A stretch of 64,000 bases of DNA from an uncultured virus (IMG/VR IMGVR_UViG_3300011187_000006) (IMGVR_UViG_3300011187_000006:1-64000), one strand, 5' to 3'; counted from the first letter of the stretch, positions 21,720 to 31,946 are shown. A program made the numbers and translations. The notes: a model not told the origin generated them from the letters alone.

Positions 21720-21754
21720 ACTTATATATCTAGCTGAAAGCTAGATATATAAGT
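21720..21754. promoter_or_regulatory. Perfect 16-bp hairpin in the array leader
   Basis: ACTTATATATCTAGCT-GAA-AGCTAGATATATAAGT, 3 nt before the first repeat. Confidence 0.6.
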
Positions 21755-21757
21755 TAG

Positions 21758-22520
21758 GATAGTAATCATATTAATACGCAAGGTAATCACAACGAACTTG
21801 TAATTCCGAACACGGAAAGCCTAGATAGTAATCATATTAATACGCAAGGTAATCACAACTATTCTCTACATTAGTATGCCCCAAAATACGATAGTAATCA
21901 TATTAATACGCAAGGTAATCACAACACTTATAGCTAAACGAATTATACCGTTTTTGATAGTAATCATATTAATACGCAAGGTAATCACAACACTTACAAC
22001 GCAAGCTAGAAAATCTTGCAAGATAGTAATCATATTAATACGCAAGGTAATCACAACTCGATAATTAATATTTTGAATGAGCGTAAAGATAGTAATCATA
22101 TTAATACGCAAGGTAATCACAACCATATAACCTTTAGTCGCTTGTTAATCATAGATAGTAATCATATTAATACGCAAGGTAATCACAACGATAGCGACTC
22201 TGATGCCTACGTAAAGAACGATAGTAATCATATTAATACGCAAGGTAATCACAACAGATACTCTCAAGTTAATAACTGAATTAGTGATAGTAATCATATT
22301 AATACACAAGGTAATCACAACCACAAATCAAAGTTCCAACAACTCGATTATGATAGTAATCATATTAATACGCAAGGTAATCACAACCCATAAAAATTTG
22401 TAGCAAAAGACCTCCTAGATAGTAATCATATTAATACGTAAGGTAATCACAACGGTAGCTTAATAAGTAGCTTCATCATTCTTTGATAGTAATCATATTA
22501 ATACGTAAGGTAATTATCTA
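21758..22520 (+). CRISPR. CRISPR array 1: 12 repeats (GATAGTAATCATATTAATACGCAAGGTAATCACAAC, 36 nt), 11 spacers of 30-31 nt
   Basis: 66-nt periodicity read directly; first 8 repeats identical, last one degenerate. Confidence 0.97.
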
Positions 22521-22533
22521 CATAGATAAAAAT

Positions 22534-22546
22534 AGTTCTTTGACAT
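22534..22546 (+). promoter_or_regulatory. boxA-like antitermination motif between the two arrays
   Basis: AGTTCTTTGACAT resembles the boxA consensus (GYTCTTTAACA / GTTCTTTGA). Confidence 0.4.
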
Positions 22547-22618
22547 TTTAAAACAAACCACTAAATAATTAAATGTAGTAATTACAACACTTTATTGACA
22601 TATGCTTTAATAGCACTA

Positions 22619-23511
22619 TATAGAAATCATATTAATACATAGGGTAATCACAACCTTAACACAAATATCTACCAAAAGGCTTAGATAGTGATCATATTAA
22701 TACGTAAGGTAATCACAACGAGATGAGAAGAAATGTTTCTGAGGTGATTGATAGTAATCATATTAATACGTAAGGTAATCTCAACTGGTAATTATTTTAT
22801 AAAGCATGGTAGCATGATAGTAATCATATTAACACGTAAGGTAATCACAACAATATAGATGATGTTCTGCCTCCTACTTTAGATAGTAATCATATTAATA
22901 CATAAGGTAATCACAACTAAATACACGTTTAAACTGTCTGAATATGAAATATTAATCATATTAATACGCAAGGTAATCACAACGAATAGTACTTTAGATG
23001 TTTCTTAACTTCTGATAGTAATCATATTAATACGCAAGGTAATCACAACATCCAATCAACTACTAAAAAAAGTCCATTTGATAGTAATCATATTAATACA
23101 CAAGGTAATCACGACACAATTTCAGCCATTATCATAGCTTCTGTTGATGGTGATCATATTAATACGCAAGGTAATCACAACTACTCTTCTCCCAGGAGTA
23201 AAAGTTATGTAGATAGTAATCATATTAATACGTAAGGTAATCACAACAGAAAGTTTATTAATCGTCCAAAAAACTTTGATAGTAATCATATTAATACATA
23301 AGGTAATCACAACCAAAAATAGGGTGAAAGTAATACTAAGCTAGATAGTAATCATATTAATACGTAAGGTAATCACAACTACGAAGTAGACTTAACACCC
23401 CTTTTTGGAGATAGTAACCATATTAATACATAAGGTAATCAAAACCGACCTTCGCAACAATCGAAGCTAATTATTAGTAGTAATCATATTAATACATAAG
23501 GTAATCATAAA
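22619..23511 (+). CRISPR. CRISPR array 2: 14 more variable repeats, 13 spacers of 29-30 nt
   Basis: Same repeat family with point variants; terminal repeat degenerate. Confidence 0.97.
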
Positions 23512-23565
23512 TATATATAGCAATTGTTTTTTTTTATTAGTATATTCGCAGTCTAAAATATTAAT

Positions 23566-25815
23566 ATGATAGTAGCAAAGTCGAATAATGGTAATAATAT
23601 ATCATTAGAGGAACATTCAAAGGAAGTCAGTGATAAGGCTGTGAAAGAATTAAAAAAATTACCAAATGTGAAAGAACACTTAATGGTAAACATAAAGGTA
23701 GCTTCTCTATTGCACGATATTGGGAAGTCAACAGACTCTTTCCAAAAACATATAAATGGAGAGAAAGTAGATAAGAAACATAAAAACAAGTACTTACATC
23801 AACAAGTTTCATGGGCTTTTGTAGATACTTATTTCGATTATGTAAATTATTTCAAAGACAACGAAATAAAGAATTGTGTTGGTAAAAACATAATACCCAA
23901 TCTAATATATTGGCATCATGGTATCTTGGACAATGAGGGGATTTGTGCCAAAGATGTTTTAGGTAGTATACCATCTAGTGATATAGATACCATGAAGAAA
24001 GAGCTTGGTAAACTAATTGACAGTAAGTATATCATTAATAATCCTAAAAAAAATAACAATACTAGACCTGATTACTTTTTATTTAACAAAGATAGGAAAG
24101 AAAAAACAGACAACCTCAACCGAGATATAACATTAATTAGAATGATATTAGTTTATTCTGATAGAACTATATCTGGTGCTGATGATATAAATCTTAAAAA
24201 AGCAAACAAGTTCTTATTTGAAGTTTGTCACTTCCCTGACGACAAAAGATTCAAAGAGCAAAAAAAGATTATAAATGATATTAAGGATGAGGATAAAACT
24301 ACAATAATTAAAGCACCTACAGGATTTGGTAAAACTATGTTAGGTCTTATGTGGAGTGAGAAGTCAGATAAAAAGTTATTGTGGGTATGTCCTAGAAATA
24401 ATATAGCAATATCAACATACTATTCTATTGTAAAAGAATTAGAAGACTCTGAAAAGAAAGTAAATATAGAACTAAGGTATGCTGGGAAGGTTCAAAAGTC
24501 AAGCTTTAATGGAGAAGGAAAAGAAGCAGATATCATTATTACAAACATTGATTATTATCTAAGACCATATAGTAATGCTGGTAAAGACATGTCTCTTATG
24601 TATTTTATAATACATAGTGATGTTATATTTGATGAGTATCATGAAAATGTAACTGATTTACCTATATTTAGCCTCTTTATAAACCTTATGAGAGTTAGAA
24701 ACATAAAGACAGATTCTAGAACTTTGTTATTAAGTGCTACACCCATCGATATAAGCCATTTGTGGACTACTAATTCAAACAAAACTAAGATTATACCCAA
24801 TGATAAAAATCACTTACCTTCTATACATAATAAAAAATATAATGTTAATATTGTAAATAAGATACCTAATACAATATCAAACAATGAGATATTATTTGTT
24901 AATTCAATAAAAGAATCACAAGAAATTGCAAAGAAATTAACAAATGCTATATTAATACACTCTAATTTCATAGAAGGTGATAAATCAAAGATGTTTGATA
25001 AATTGTTAAATGATTATGGTAAGGATTCTAAAACAACTAACAGAAAGCCTTACATATCAACACTTATTTTACAAGCGGCTCTTGATATATCTTTTAATAA
25101 TCTATATGAGATACCATTATCCCCAGAATCCACATTACAACGGATAGGAAGATGTAACAGATGGGGTCGGAATAAAACTGCTACTATAAATATTATAGAC
25201 ACTTGTCCCACCACATCAAATGGCTATGTCGTTGATATAAAATATAATGAGAGTTTAAGAAAACTTTGGGTTGATCATTTAAAATTATTGAGTGGTAGTT
25301 CCTTAACACTTGACGAGATATATGTACATTATAATGATTTTAATATTACAAATAATACTGAAATAGTAGATTACATAGATGACAGTCTTCATCAAAGTAA
25401 TGAAAGTTCGAGTAACAATATATACCCAGTCAAGCATTATAACACAACACCACCAAGTTATATGTCGGCAAATTCTAACCCACTTAGAAGCAACGGTTCA
25501 GAAGTATTTTTTATAGTACAGGACGTTAAAGGCAAATGGGTTGGTCCATTCACCAAGAGCATGTACGATAGTTTTGATAAAGATTTTAATGAAGGTGGTA
25601 CCGCCATTTCGGTAGGTAAGATGATAAAAATAATAAAAAATATATCATCACCTACTTCTGGGTATAAATATAATTATGGTATAAATAGTAATAAACATTA
25701 TAAAAATATTAAAATAGACGATCTTAGAAGAAAAGCTAGGTTAGATAAATCACCCTATATAGCTATTAATTTCTCTTACGACTATAGGCTAGGGATAATT
25801 AAAAAGATTATTTAA
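23566..25815 (+). CDS. cas3: Cas3 HD nuclease-SF2 helicase
   Basis: EEH, HDIGK, WHHG and SD HD motifs; APTGFGKT, DEYH, SATP and QRIGRCNR helicase motifs. Confidence 0.95.
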   Translation: MIVAKSNNGNNISLEEHSKEVSDKAVKELKKLPNVKEHLMVNIKVASLLHDIGKSTDSFQKHINGEKVDKKHKNKYLHQQVSWAFVDTYFDYVNYFKDNEIKNCVGKNIIPNLIYWHHGILDNEGICAKDVLGSIPSSDIDTMKKELGKLIDSKYIINNPKKNNNTRPDYFLFNKDRKEKTDNLNRDITLIRMILVYSDRTISGADDINLKKANKFLFEVCHFPDDKRFKEQKKIINDIKDEDKTTIIKAPTGFGKTMLGLMWSEKSDKKLLWVCPRNNIAISTYYSIVKELEDSEKKVNIELRYAGKVQKSSFNGEGKEADIIITNIDYYLRPYSNAGKDMSLMYFIIHSDVIFDEYHENVTDLPIFSLFINLMRVRNIKTDSRTLLLSATPIDISHLWTTNSNKTKIIPNDKNHLPSIHNKKYNVNIVNKIPNTISNNEILFVNSIKESQEIAKKLTNAILIHSNFIEGDKSKMFDKLLNDYGKDSKTTNRKPYISTLILQAALDISFNNLYEIPLSPESTLQRIGRCNRWGRNKTATINIIDTCPTTSNGYVVDIKYNESLRKLWVDHLKLLSGSSLTLDEIYVHYNDFNITNNTEIVDYIDDSLHQSNESSSNNIYPVKHYNTTPPSYMSANSNPLRSNGSEVFFIVQDVKGKWVGPFTKSMYDSFDKDFNEGGTAISVGKMIKIIKNISSPTSGYKYNYGINSNKHYKNIKIDDLRRKARLDKSPYIAINFSYDYRLGIIKKII

Positions 25816-25816
25816 T

Positions 25817-25875
25817 AAGTGTTCATTATTTTATCCTGTTCAGTGACACTGAACACTTTAAAATAATGAACACTT
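25817..25875. repeat. Long nested inverted repeat downstream of cas3
   Basis: AAGTGTTCATTATTTTA/TAAAATAATGAACACTT (17 bp) enclosing TGTTCAGT-GAC-ACTGAACA. Confidence 0.8.
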
Positions 25876-25932
25876 TAAAACAACTTAATTAGAGCAACTA
25901 CCATTTAATATATATGTAAAACAATTACATTA

Positions 25933-27882
25933 ATGGCTAAAATCTCTAAATTTGTAAAATTAAATAAAGATATATTATTAGAATATATTTATAATGATGC
26001 TAACCTACTGAGTGAACCATATAACATATTGGTTAACTCAAAAGATAGGACAACTGGATATTTTTCAACAAGTACATCATCCACTAGCAATACAAAAACA
26101 AATCAATTATTTAGACTAGATCCAATAGAATCTAAATGGGGTAAGGTAGATGAAAGTAATTATACATTTTTACAAGAAAAAAACTATACTGCATCCTCAC
26201 CACTAAGACATGATACAGTTAAAATACATTTACCTATAAATTGGACATTTGGACAATACTTAGGATTTTATGTTAGAATATATGCATTTGATAGGTTAAA
26301 TCAAACACAACATGATTTATCAAATTTCTATTTTGATATGACAGATGTTGAACAACAGTATTTACTTAATTTTTCATCACCACCACTTCTATTCCAAGAG
26401 AAACTTTGGGGTAAGAATATTGTATTAGATATACCAGCTTTAAGTGAGGTTTCTACACAATTAACAAATCAAGAACCAACTGAAAATAGTCTTAACTCTG
26501 TTCTTACTAATGGTCTTGGTTTAAATATAAATTCCCCTGTATTTATAGATTTTCATTTTATAAATAAAACTCAGAGAATAAATCAAATAAAGACATATTT
26601 ATTAGAAAGTGCAATTACTACAACAATTCCACAGACACCAGAATTTGAAAAACTAGGTCTTAAAATAGAAAACTCCCCTAATGGTGACTTTTTTGAGATT
26701 TATGGAACATACAATGGTAATATAGCCGAATTTAAAAGGTTTATAGATGATGCAATACCATTGGGTAACAGATACTATGTACAATACAATATAACGATAT
26801 ATGAGCAAAATATAAGGGGTAAAACAACTACTATAACACTTACTAATAACTTCAATGAGACTGTTGAATATAGACCTATTATAAAGTACTCAACCACGAC
26901 TGCTATTATAGATGTAGAACTTAGACTTATAGACTCTGTTGACCAGTCTTATATAATAAGAAGGGCATCATATGGTATGTTACAAGATGAGGTATCTAAG
27001 TATTCTCTTAGAATGACTAAAATAAATATAGCTAATGCATCCAAGCCAAAGGTGTATAATATAAAATCTTCAATAAATCCAGATTTAGTTGGAGTTGCTA
27101 ACTCTTTTGGTGTTATACCAATAAACAACACTCCTAAATCACCTATTAGACCTAGAATAACACTAGATGAATTAAATTCAAATAATAACAATAGTAATAA
27201 TGGTGGCAATGGTGGCGTTATTGTAGAACAAGTTAAAGTACCATTCCCTGTTTTGGTAGATAGGTTTAATATAATGGCTAAATCAGAAAGTTCAGTATTG
27301 GACGAAAGTAGGTTCTATGGATTTGGTAAAATACAAATACTTTTATATCCGTTTGATAATGTAATATCATTCACAATAGCTTCTGGTACTAATGAAAAAC
27401 CAAAATACCTAGATTTAACAGGTTATTCTGAAATTCTATTTACCATAAAGAACGACAAAACATCAATATCATTCTCTCCTTTTATAGAATCTGGTGAAGT
27501 AGACCTAGCAAATGGTATAGTTGTATTTAAAATAACACAAGGTAAATTCAGTCAAATAAAACAAATATTTACTAGTGGTATAAACGTTTTTTATATAACT
27601 GGTACTAATTCATCAACTACTTCAGTTGTCTATACTGGGTTGTTTAAAATATATGATGATATGAACAATGTTGGAGAATTAAATGATGACATAGAAAATG
27701 GTGGGGTAGAACAAGATGTTGTAACTGAACCAGAGAAGGAAACTGCAATAGTAACTAGAAGAGTTATTAGTGATGACAACAGACCAATTAAAAAGTCTAG
27801 TTCTGCTAATACACCCAATACTAATAGCAGACCAAATGATGTTAGATTTAGGGATTCTGGTGATGATATATTCAATGAATAA
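25933..27882 (+). CDS. Large hypothetical protein, probably virion structural
   Basis: 649-aa ORF with beta-rich composition; TTAATATATA upstream. Confidence 0.55.
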   Translation: MAKISKFVKLNKDILLEYIYNDANLLSEPYNILVNSKDRTTGYFSTSTSSTSNTKTNQLFRLDPIESKWGKVDESNYTFLQEKNYTASSPLRHDTVKIHLPINWTFGQYLGFYVRIYAFDRLNQTQHDLSNFYFDMTDVEQQYLLNFSSPPLLFQEKLWGKNIVLDIPALSEVSTQLTNQEPTENSLNSVLTNGLGLNINSPVFIDFHFINKTQRINQIKTYLLESAITTTIPQTPEFEKLGLKIENSPNGDFFEIYGTYNGNIAEFKRFIDDAIPLGNRYYVQYNITIYEQNIRGKTTTITLTNNFNETVEYRPIIKYSTTTAIIDVELRLIDSVDQSYIIRRASYGMLQDEVSKYSLRMTKINIANASKPKVYNIKSSINPDLVGVANSFGVIPINNTPKSPIRPRITLDELNSNNNNSNNGGNGGVIVEQVKVPFPVLVDRFNIMAKSESSVLDESRFYGFGKIQILLYPFDNVISFTIASGTNEKPKYLDLTGYSEILFTIKNDKTSISFSPFIESGEVDLANGIVVFKITQGKFSQIKQIFTSGINVFYITGTNSSTTSVVYTGLFKIYDDMNNVGELNDDIENGGVEQDVVTEPEKETAIVTRRVISDDNRPIKKSSSANTPNTNSRPNDVRFRDSGDDIFNE

Positions 27883-27926
27883 GAGATTTTCATAAGTTAA
27901 TATATACTATAAATACATATAATTGA

Positions 27927-28526
27927 ATGAGACTTAGTTCGCAATCATCACAGTTCATCTTTAACCTACCACAATCATTTCTTCCAAATGAATTGATAGA
28001 GAGTTATCAACCTATATTGGAAAAAAACTGGGTTCAGTATGAAAACGTCATAGACTATATAAATTCTACAATCTTGTCAGTGAATTTTCCAGGTATATCT
28101 TTTGATATGCCAGAGCAGATAAGAATGAGGGGTAAGAAAAGAAATTTCAAACCTTCTAAGAATCCACAAGATATAGTATCTACTAGAGAACTTCAAATAA
28201 CTTTTAGATCAGTTGATGCTTATCTTAATTATTGGCTATTATTTGATATTATAAACAAGCATTATATAGATGTTGAGAATTCTTTTCTGGATCCATTTAC
28301 TATAACATCATTGGACATACACAGAGATGCTATATACATAATTAAATTTGGTGAGATAATTCTTAGGAGTTTATCAGATGTCAATTTCAATTACTCCCAA
28401 CAAAGAGTTACTGGTAAAGAATTTACACTAACGTTTAGTTTCAACTTCTATGACATAGAATTTTTATTAGATAAGAGTAAGGTATTAGAGACAAAGAATA
28501 TTACTACTATAATACAAAAAATATAA
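27927..28526 (+). CDS. Putative tail tube/tail-completion-fold protein
   Basis: SVNFPGISF start and FTLTFSFN end pattern; late promoter motif upstream. Confidence 0.4.
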   Translation: MRLSSQSSQFIFNLPQSFLPNELIESYQPILEKNWVQYENVIDYINSTILSVNFPGISFDMPEQIRMRGKKRNFKPSKNPQDIVSTRELQITFRSVDAYLNYWLLFDIINKHYIDVENSFLDPFTITSLDIHRDAIYIIKFGEIILRSLSDVNFNYSQQRVTGKEFTLTFSFNFYDIEFLLDKSKVLETKNITTIIQKI

Positions 28527-28530
28527 CTAT

Positions 28531-28809
28531 ATGGAATATTTAAAAGAATGGAAAGAGTTCAATCCTGTATTAGATTTAAAAGTAAAGGAGTATGTGAGTA
28601 TGAATAAGTACAACCTACCAGATTTATGGAACAAGAGTTTGTCTGAGGACGAAAATGTAGATTCTATGATTGAGTACTTTACTAAGTATCCAAATGAAAT
28701 GGTACATTCTATAAGCAATGATAACATAAGAAAAGCGAGTCAGAAATCTAACTCGCTTGAATATGTGCCTATTCTACAGAATATAGGGGGTCATTCTTTC
28801 GAAGCCTAA
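28531..28809 (+). CDS. Hypothetical protein (MEYLKEWKEF N-terminus)
   Basis: ORF track. Confidence 0.55.
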   Translation: MEYLKEWKEFNPVLDLKVKEYVSMNKYNLPDLWNKSLSEDENVDSMIEYFTKYPNEMVHSISNDNIRKASQKSNSLEYVPILQNIGGHSFEA

Positions 28810-30947
28810 ATTTCTTCGTCCTTGGGCTTAGAAACTCTCTTCTTTCTTTTCTTACCAAGACTAACTACTGACTCATCCAAATCTTTATCATAGCTAATTG
28901 TTAGTGTAGAACCCTCTTTAGGACTTTCTTGGATGATAAACTCTGTTACATAATCATCAATCCAAGTCTGTAAAGCTCTTTTAAGAGGTCTAGCACCACT
29001 ATCTAAGTTATAACCAACATCTAGAAGGTGTTCCTTCAATTCATCTGTTACAATTAGATTATATCCAATATCAGAACCTCTTTTAAGTGTCTTAGTAATT
29101 TCAAGTTCAACAATCTTCATAATGTCATCTCTGTCCAAATCTTTGAAGTAGATAATATCATCTAATCTATTGATAAACTCTGGTGGAAAAGCCACACTTA
29201 ATTCCTTTTGTAAAATAGCTTTAACTTTATTGTGTTCTTTCTCAACTGATGTTTTTGTTGAGAAGCCTAGTCCAGTTCCAAAACTCTTAACCTTTCTAGT
29301 ACCAACGTTTGATGTCATCAGAATAACACAATTCTTAAAAGATACTTTTCTTCCATGTGAATCTGTTACAACTCCATCATCTAACATTTGTAAAAATAGA
29401 TTGACAACATCAGGGTGGGCTTTCTCAATTTCATCAAAAAGAATAACAGAGTAAGGCTTTCTCCTTACCTTATCCAATACATTACTATCTTCATATCCAA
29501 CATACCCAGGTGCAGAACCTTGGATTCTAGTAAGGGAGACTTTCTCCATGTATTCAGACATATCTAAACGAATAATAGAATCCTCTGAGTCAAACATATA
29601 CTTAGCAATTTGTTTAGCCAATTCAGTTTTACCAACTCCACTATTACCAATTAGTATTCCTGAGAAAATTGGCTTGTTAGGATCTTTCATACCAACTCTA
29701 CCTCTCTGTATAGCTTGTACTACTTTTTTAACTGCTTTGTCTTGACCAACAACGTTATTTGAAATAACATCAAACATTTTGGCTAATTTAGAATTTTCTT
29801 TTTGCCCAACCTTACTAACAGGAACTCCAGTTATCATAGATACTACTTGTGCAACATCTTCTTGTGACACAACTTGTGGGTTATTTTTAGTATCTTCTTC
29901 CCACTTATCTCTAGCCAATTCTAATTCGGCATCAAGTTCTTTCTCAACATCTCTAAGTCTAGCAGCTTGTTCATATTTTTGAGACCTAATTACTTTTTTC
30001 TTTTCTTCTTTAATATCCTCAATCTTTTTCTCGATTTCAGTTATCCTTTTAGGAACAACTATATTTGAGATATGAACTCTTGATCCTGCCTCATCTAATG
30101 CATCAATTGCTTTGTCTGGTAAGAATCTATCACTCATATATCTGACTGTAAGATCAACACAAGATTCAATTGCCTCTTGTGAGTAAACCACATTATGATG
30201 CTTCTCATATTTATCTTTGATGTTTCCTATGATTTGTAAAGTTTCCTCTGGTGTGGCAGGTTCTACGATTACTTTTTGAAATCTTCTTTCCAAAGCAGCA
30301 TCTTTCTCAACATGCTTTCTGTATTCGTCTAATGTTGTTGCACCAATTATCTGAATTTCACCACGTGCTAATGCTGGTTTGAACATATTGGAGGCATCTA
30401 GGCTACCAGATGCTCCACCAGCACCAACCATAGTATGAATTTCATCGATAAAAAGAATAACATTTGGCTCATCTTCTATTTCACTCATAAGAGCCTTAAC
30501 TCTTTCTTCAAATTGACCCCTATATTTAGTACCAGCTACCATAGATGCTAAGTCTAACATAACAATTCTTTTATCAAAAAGAACTCTACTTACCTTTCTC
30601 TGTACAATTCTAAGTGCTAGACCTTCTGCAATAGAAGATTTACCAACACCAGCTTCACCAATGAGAATAGGATTGTTCTTTTTTCTCCTAGATAAAATTT
30701 GAGAAACACGTTCTATTTCTTTATCTCTACCAACAATAAGATCTAGCTTACCATCTTCTGCCATATTAGTAAGATCTCTACTATATGTATCAAGGACAGG
30801 AGTCTTAGATTTACCATTCTTCTTGTCAGGGACTTTAAAATCTTCATCTGGTGGTCCATCATCTGCAATAGAGTTTTTCACATCGATAGTTTTTCTTAAG
30901 TAATCTTTCCCTTCTTTGTCTTTTTGCATAATTTGATTTTTATTCAT
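28806..30947 (-). CDS. clpC: ClpC/ClpB-family AAA+ ATPase lacking the N-terminal Clp repeat domain
   Basis: Two Walker A motifs (GEAGVGKS, GNSGVGKT), FIDEIH, FDEIEKAH, UVR-type middle domain, PGYVGY. Confidence 0.9.
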   Translation of the reverse strand: MNKNQIMQKDKEGKDYLRKTIDVKNSIADDGPPDEDFKVPDKKNGKSKTPVLDTYSRDLTNMAEDGKLDLIVGRDKEIERVSQILSRRKKNNPILIGEAGVGKSSIAEGLALRIVQRKVSRVLFDKRIVMLDLASMVAGTKYRGQFEERVKALMSEIEDEPNVILFIDEIHTMVGAGGASGSLDASNMFKPALARGEIQIIGATTLDEYRKHVEKDAALERRFQKVIVEPATPEETLQIIGNIKDKYEKHHNVVYSQEAIESCVDLTVRYMSDRFLPDKAIDALDEAGSRVHISNIVVPKRITEIEKKIEDIKEEKKKVIRSQKYEQAARLRDVEKELDAELELARDKWEEDTKNNPQVVSQEDVAQVVSMITGVPVSKVGQKENSKLAKMFDVISNNVVGQDKAVKKVVQAIQRGRVGMKDPNKPIFSGILIGNSGVGKTELAKQIAKYMFDSEDSIIRLDMSEYMEKVSLTRIQGSAPGYVGYEDSNVLDKVRRKPYSVILFDEIEKAHPDVVNLFLQMLDDGVVTDSHGRKVSFKNCVILMTSNVGTRKVKSFGTGLGFSTKTSVEKEHNKVKAILQKELSVAFPPEFINRLDDIIYFKDLDRDDIMKIVELEITKTLKRGSDIGYNLIVTDELKEHLLDVGYNLDSGARPLKRALQTWIDDYVTEFIIQESPKEGSTLTISYDKDLDESVVSLGKKRKKRVSKPKDEEI

Positions 30948-31076
30948 AATGTTTATAGTGATTGATAAGTATTTTGTTTCTTAAATATGGACAAATATAC
31001 AAAATAGTTTTAATTAAATTGTTATAATTTGCTCAATAATTTTTTTAGTTTTTATAACCAACTGATTCATTGTGTT

Positions 31077-31433
31077 TTAATGAAGTATTTTTTTTAATTT
31101 GTAGCTTCTTATTTCTTGTTTGCTTAATCTTACAAAGTGATCACTGCAAAAAGTAATATGCATTGATTTAGAATTGGGATTATATCCATACGTAACATTT
31201 TTAACAAATGTGTTATAAAAATTAAACACATTGCTATTAACATTAAATTTGTACATATTTTTTAGTTTATTCAATAGATCCAAATCCAAATTTGTAATAA
31301 TTGACCAATCTATAGAAGGTATTACATCAGTGTATGTTGTATATGAATTTGATAGAGTGTTAAAATCAGTAACTTCTATTATTTCAGTAACTTCTATTAT
31401 TCCTATCCCCTCTATATTAATTTCAGTTATCAT
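31077..31433 (-). CDS. Hypothetical protein with C-terminal RxxKL motif
   Basis: Ends IRSYKLKKILH. Confidence 0.55.
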   Translation of the reverse strand: MITEINIEGIGIIEVTEIIEVTDFNTLSNSYTTYTDVIPSIDWSIITNLDLDLLNKLKNMYKFNVNSNVFNFYNTFVKNVTYGYNPNSKSMHITFCSDHFVRLSKQEIRSYKLKKILH

Positions 31434-31927
31434 GCTAGTCTAAGTGGATATAGTAAATTTCTTATAAATACATTTTCCTCACCACCTATTGTATCAACCC
31501 ATTCTTCATAAGATTGACCACCAAGAATGTCAGCGTCATATTCAGGATATTTTTTCCTATTAAAAACTCTCTCGTCTATTATTAGACAAAAGGCAGTTAA
31601 TTGATCTCCGAGATCTGGTTCGTAAAAATCACTTGTTAGGATACCTCTATCAGTTAACATCTTGTGATAATTATTGAGACTACCTAGACAATTACCATCA
31701 ATACCTTTTCTGATGTTAGTAGTACCACCATTTAATATAACAAAAGTTTCGTGATTATCTGCCCAATCTATATACTGTTTATGATATTTATTAAAGGAAT
31801 TGAGTTTAGTAACATTTCTTCCATATCTAACTACGGAGTGTCCAAACTGTATTCCCTTTTGTATGTCCGATATATTATAAGGGACTAGTCCATACATTCT
31901 TAATTCTAGATTTTCTTCCTTTTTCAT
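31430..31927 (-). CDS. Peptidyl-tRNA hydrolase 2 (Pth2)-like protein
   Basis: MYGLV...IQFGH...FYEPDLGDQLTA pattern. Confidence 0.55.
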   Translation of the reverse strand: MKKEENLELRMYGLVPYNISDIQKGIQFGHSVVRYGRNVTKLNSFNKYHKQYIDWADNHETFVILNGGTTNIRKGIDGNCLGSLNNYHKMLTDRGILTSDFYEPDLGDQLTAFCLIIDERVFNRKKYPEYDADILGGQSYEEWVDTIGGEENVFIRNLLYPLRLA

Positions 31928-31946
31928 AATTTTTTAATTAAATTAA

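Noticed and set aside
21866..23316. Short ORFs with repeated VVITLRINMITI / DSNHINTQGNHN peptides
   Set aside because: Translation artefacts of the 66-nt CRISPR period
21794..23475. Self-targeting spacers
   Set aside because: No match to this window noticed by eye; not an exhaustive search, so unsupported either way
25933..27882. Candidate Cas8 downstream of cas3
   Set aside because: Separated by a long hairpin, has a late-type promoter, is beta-rich and is followed by a tail-like gene; no Cas8 features seen (a profile search would settle it)
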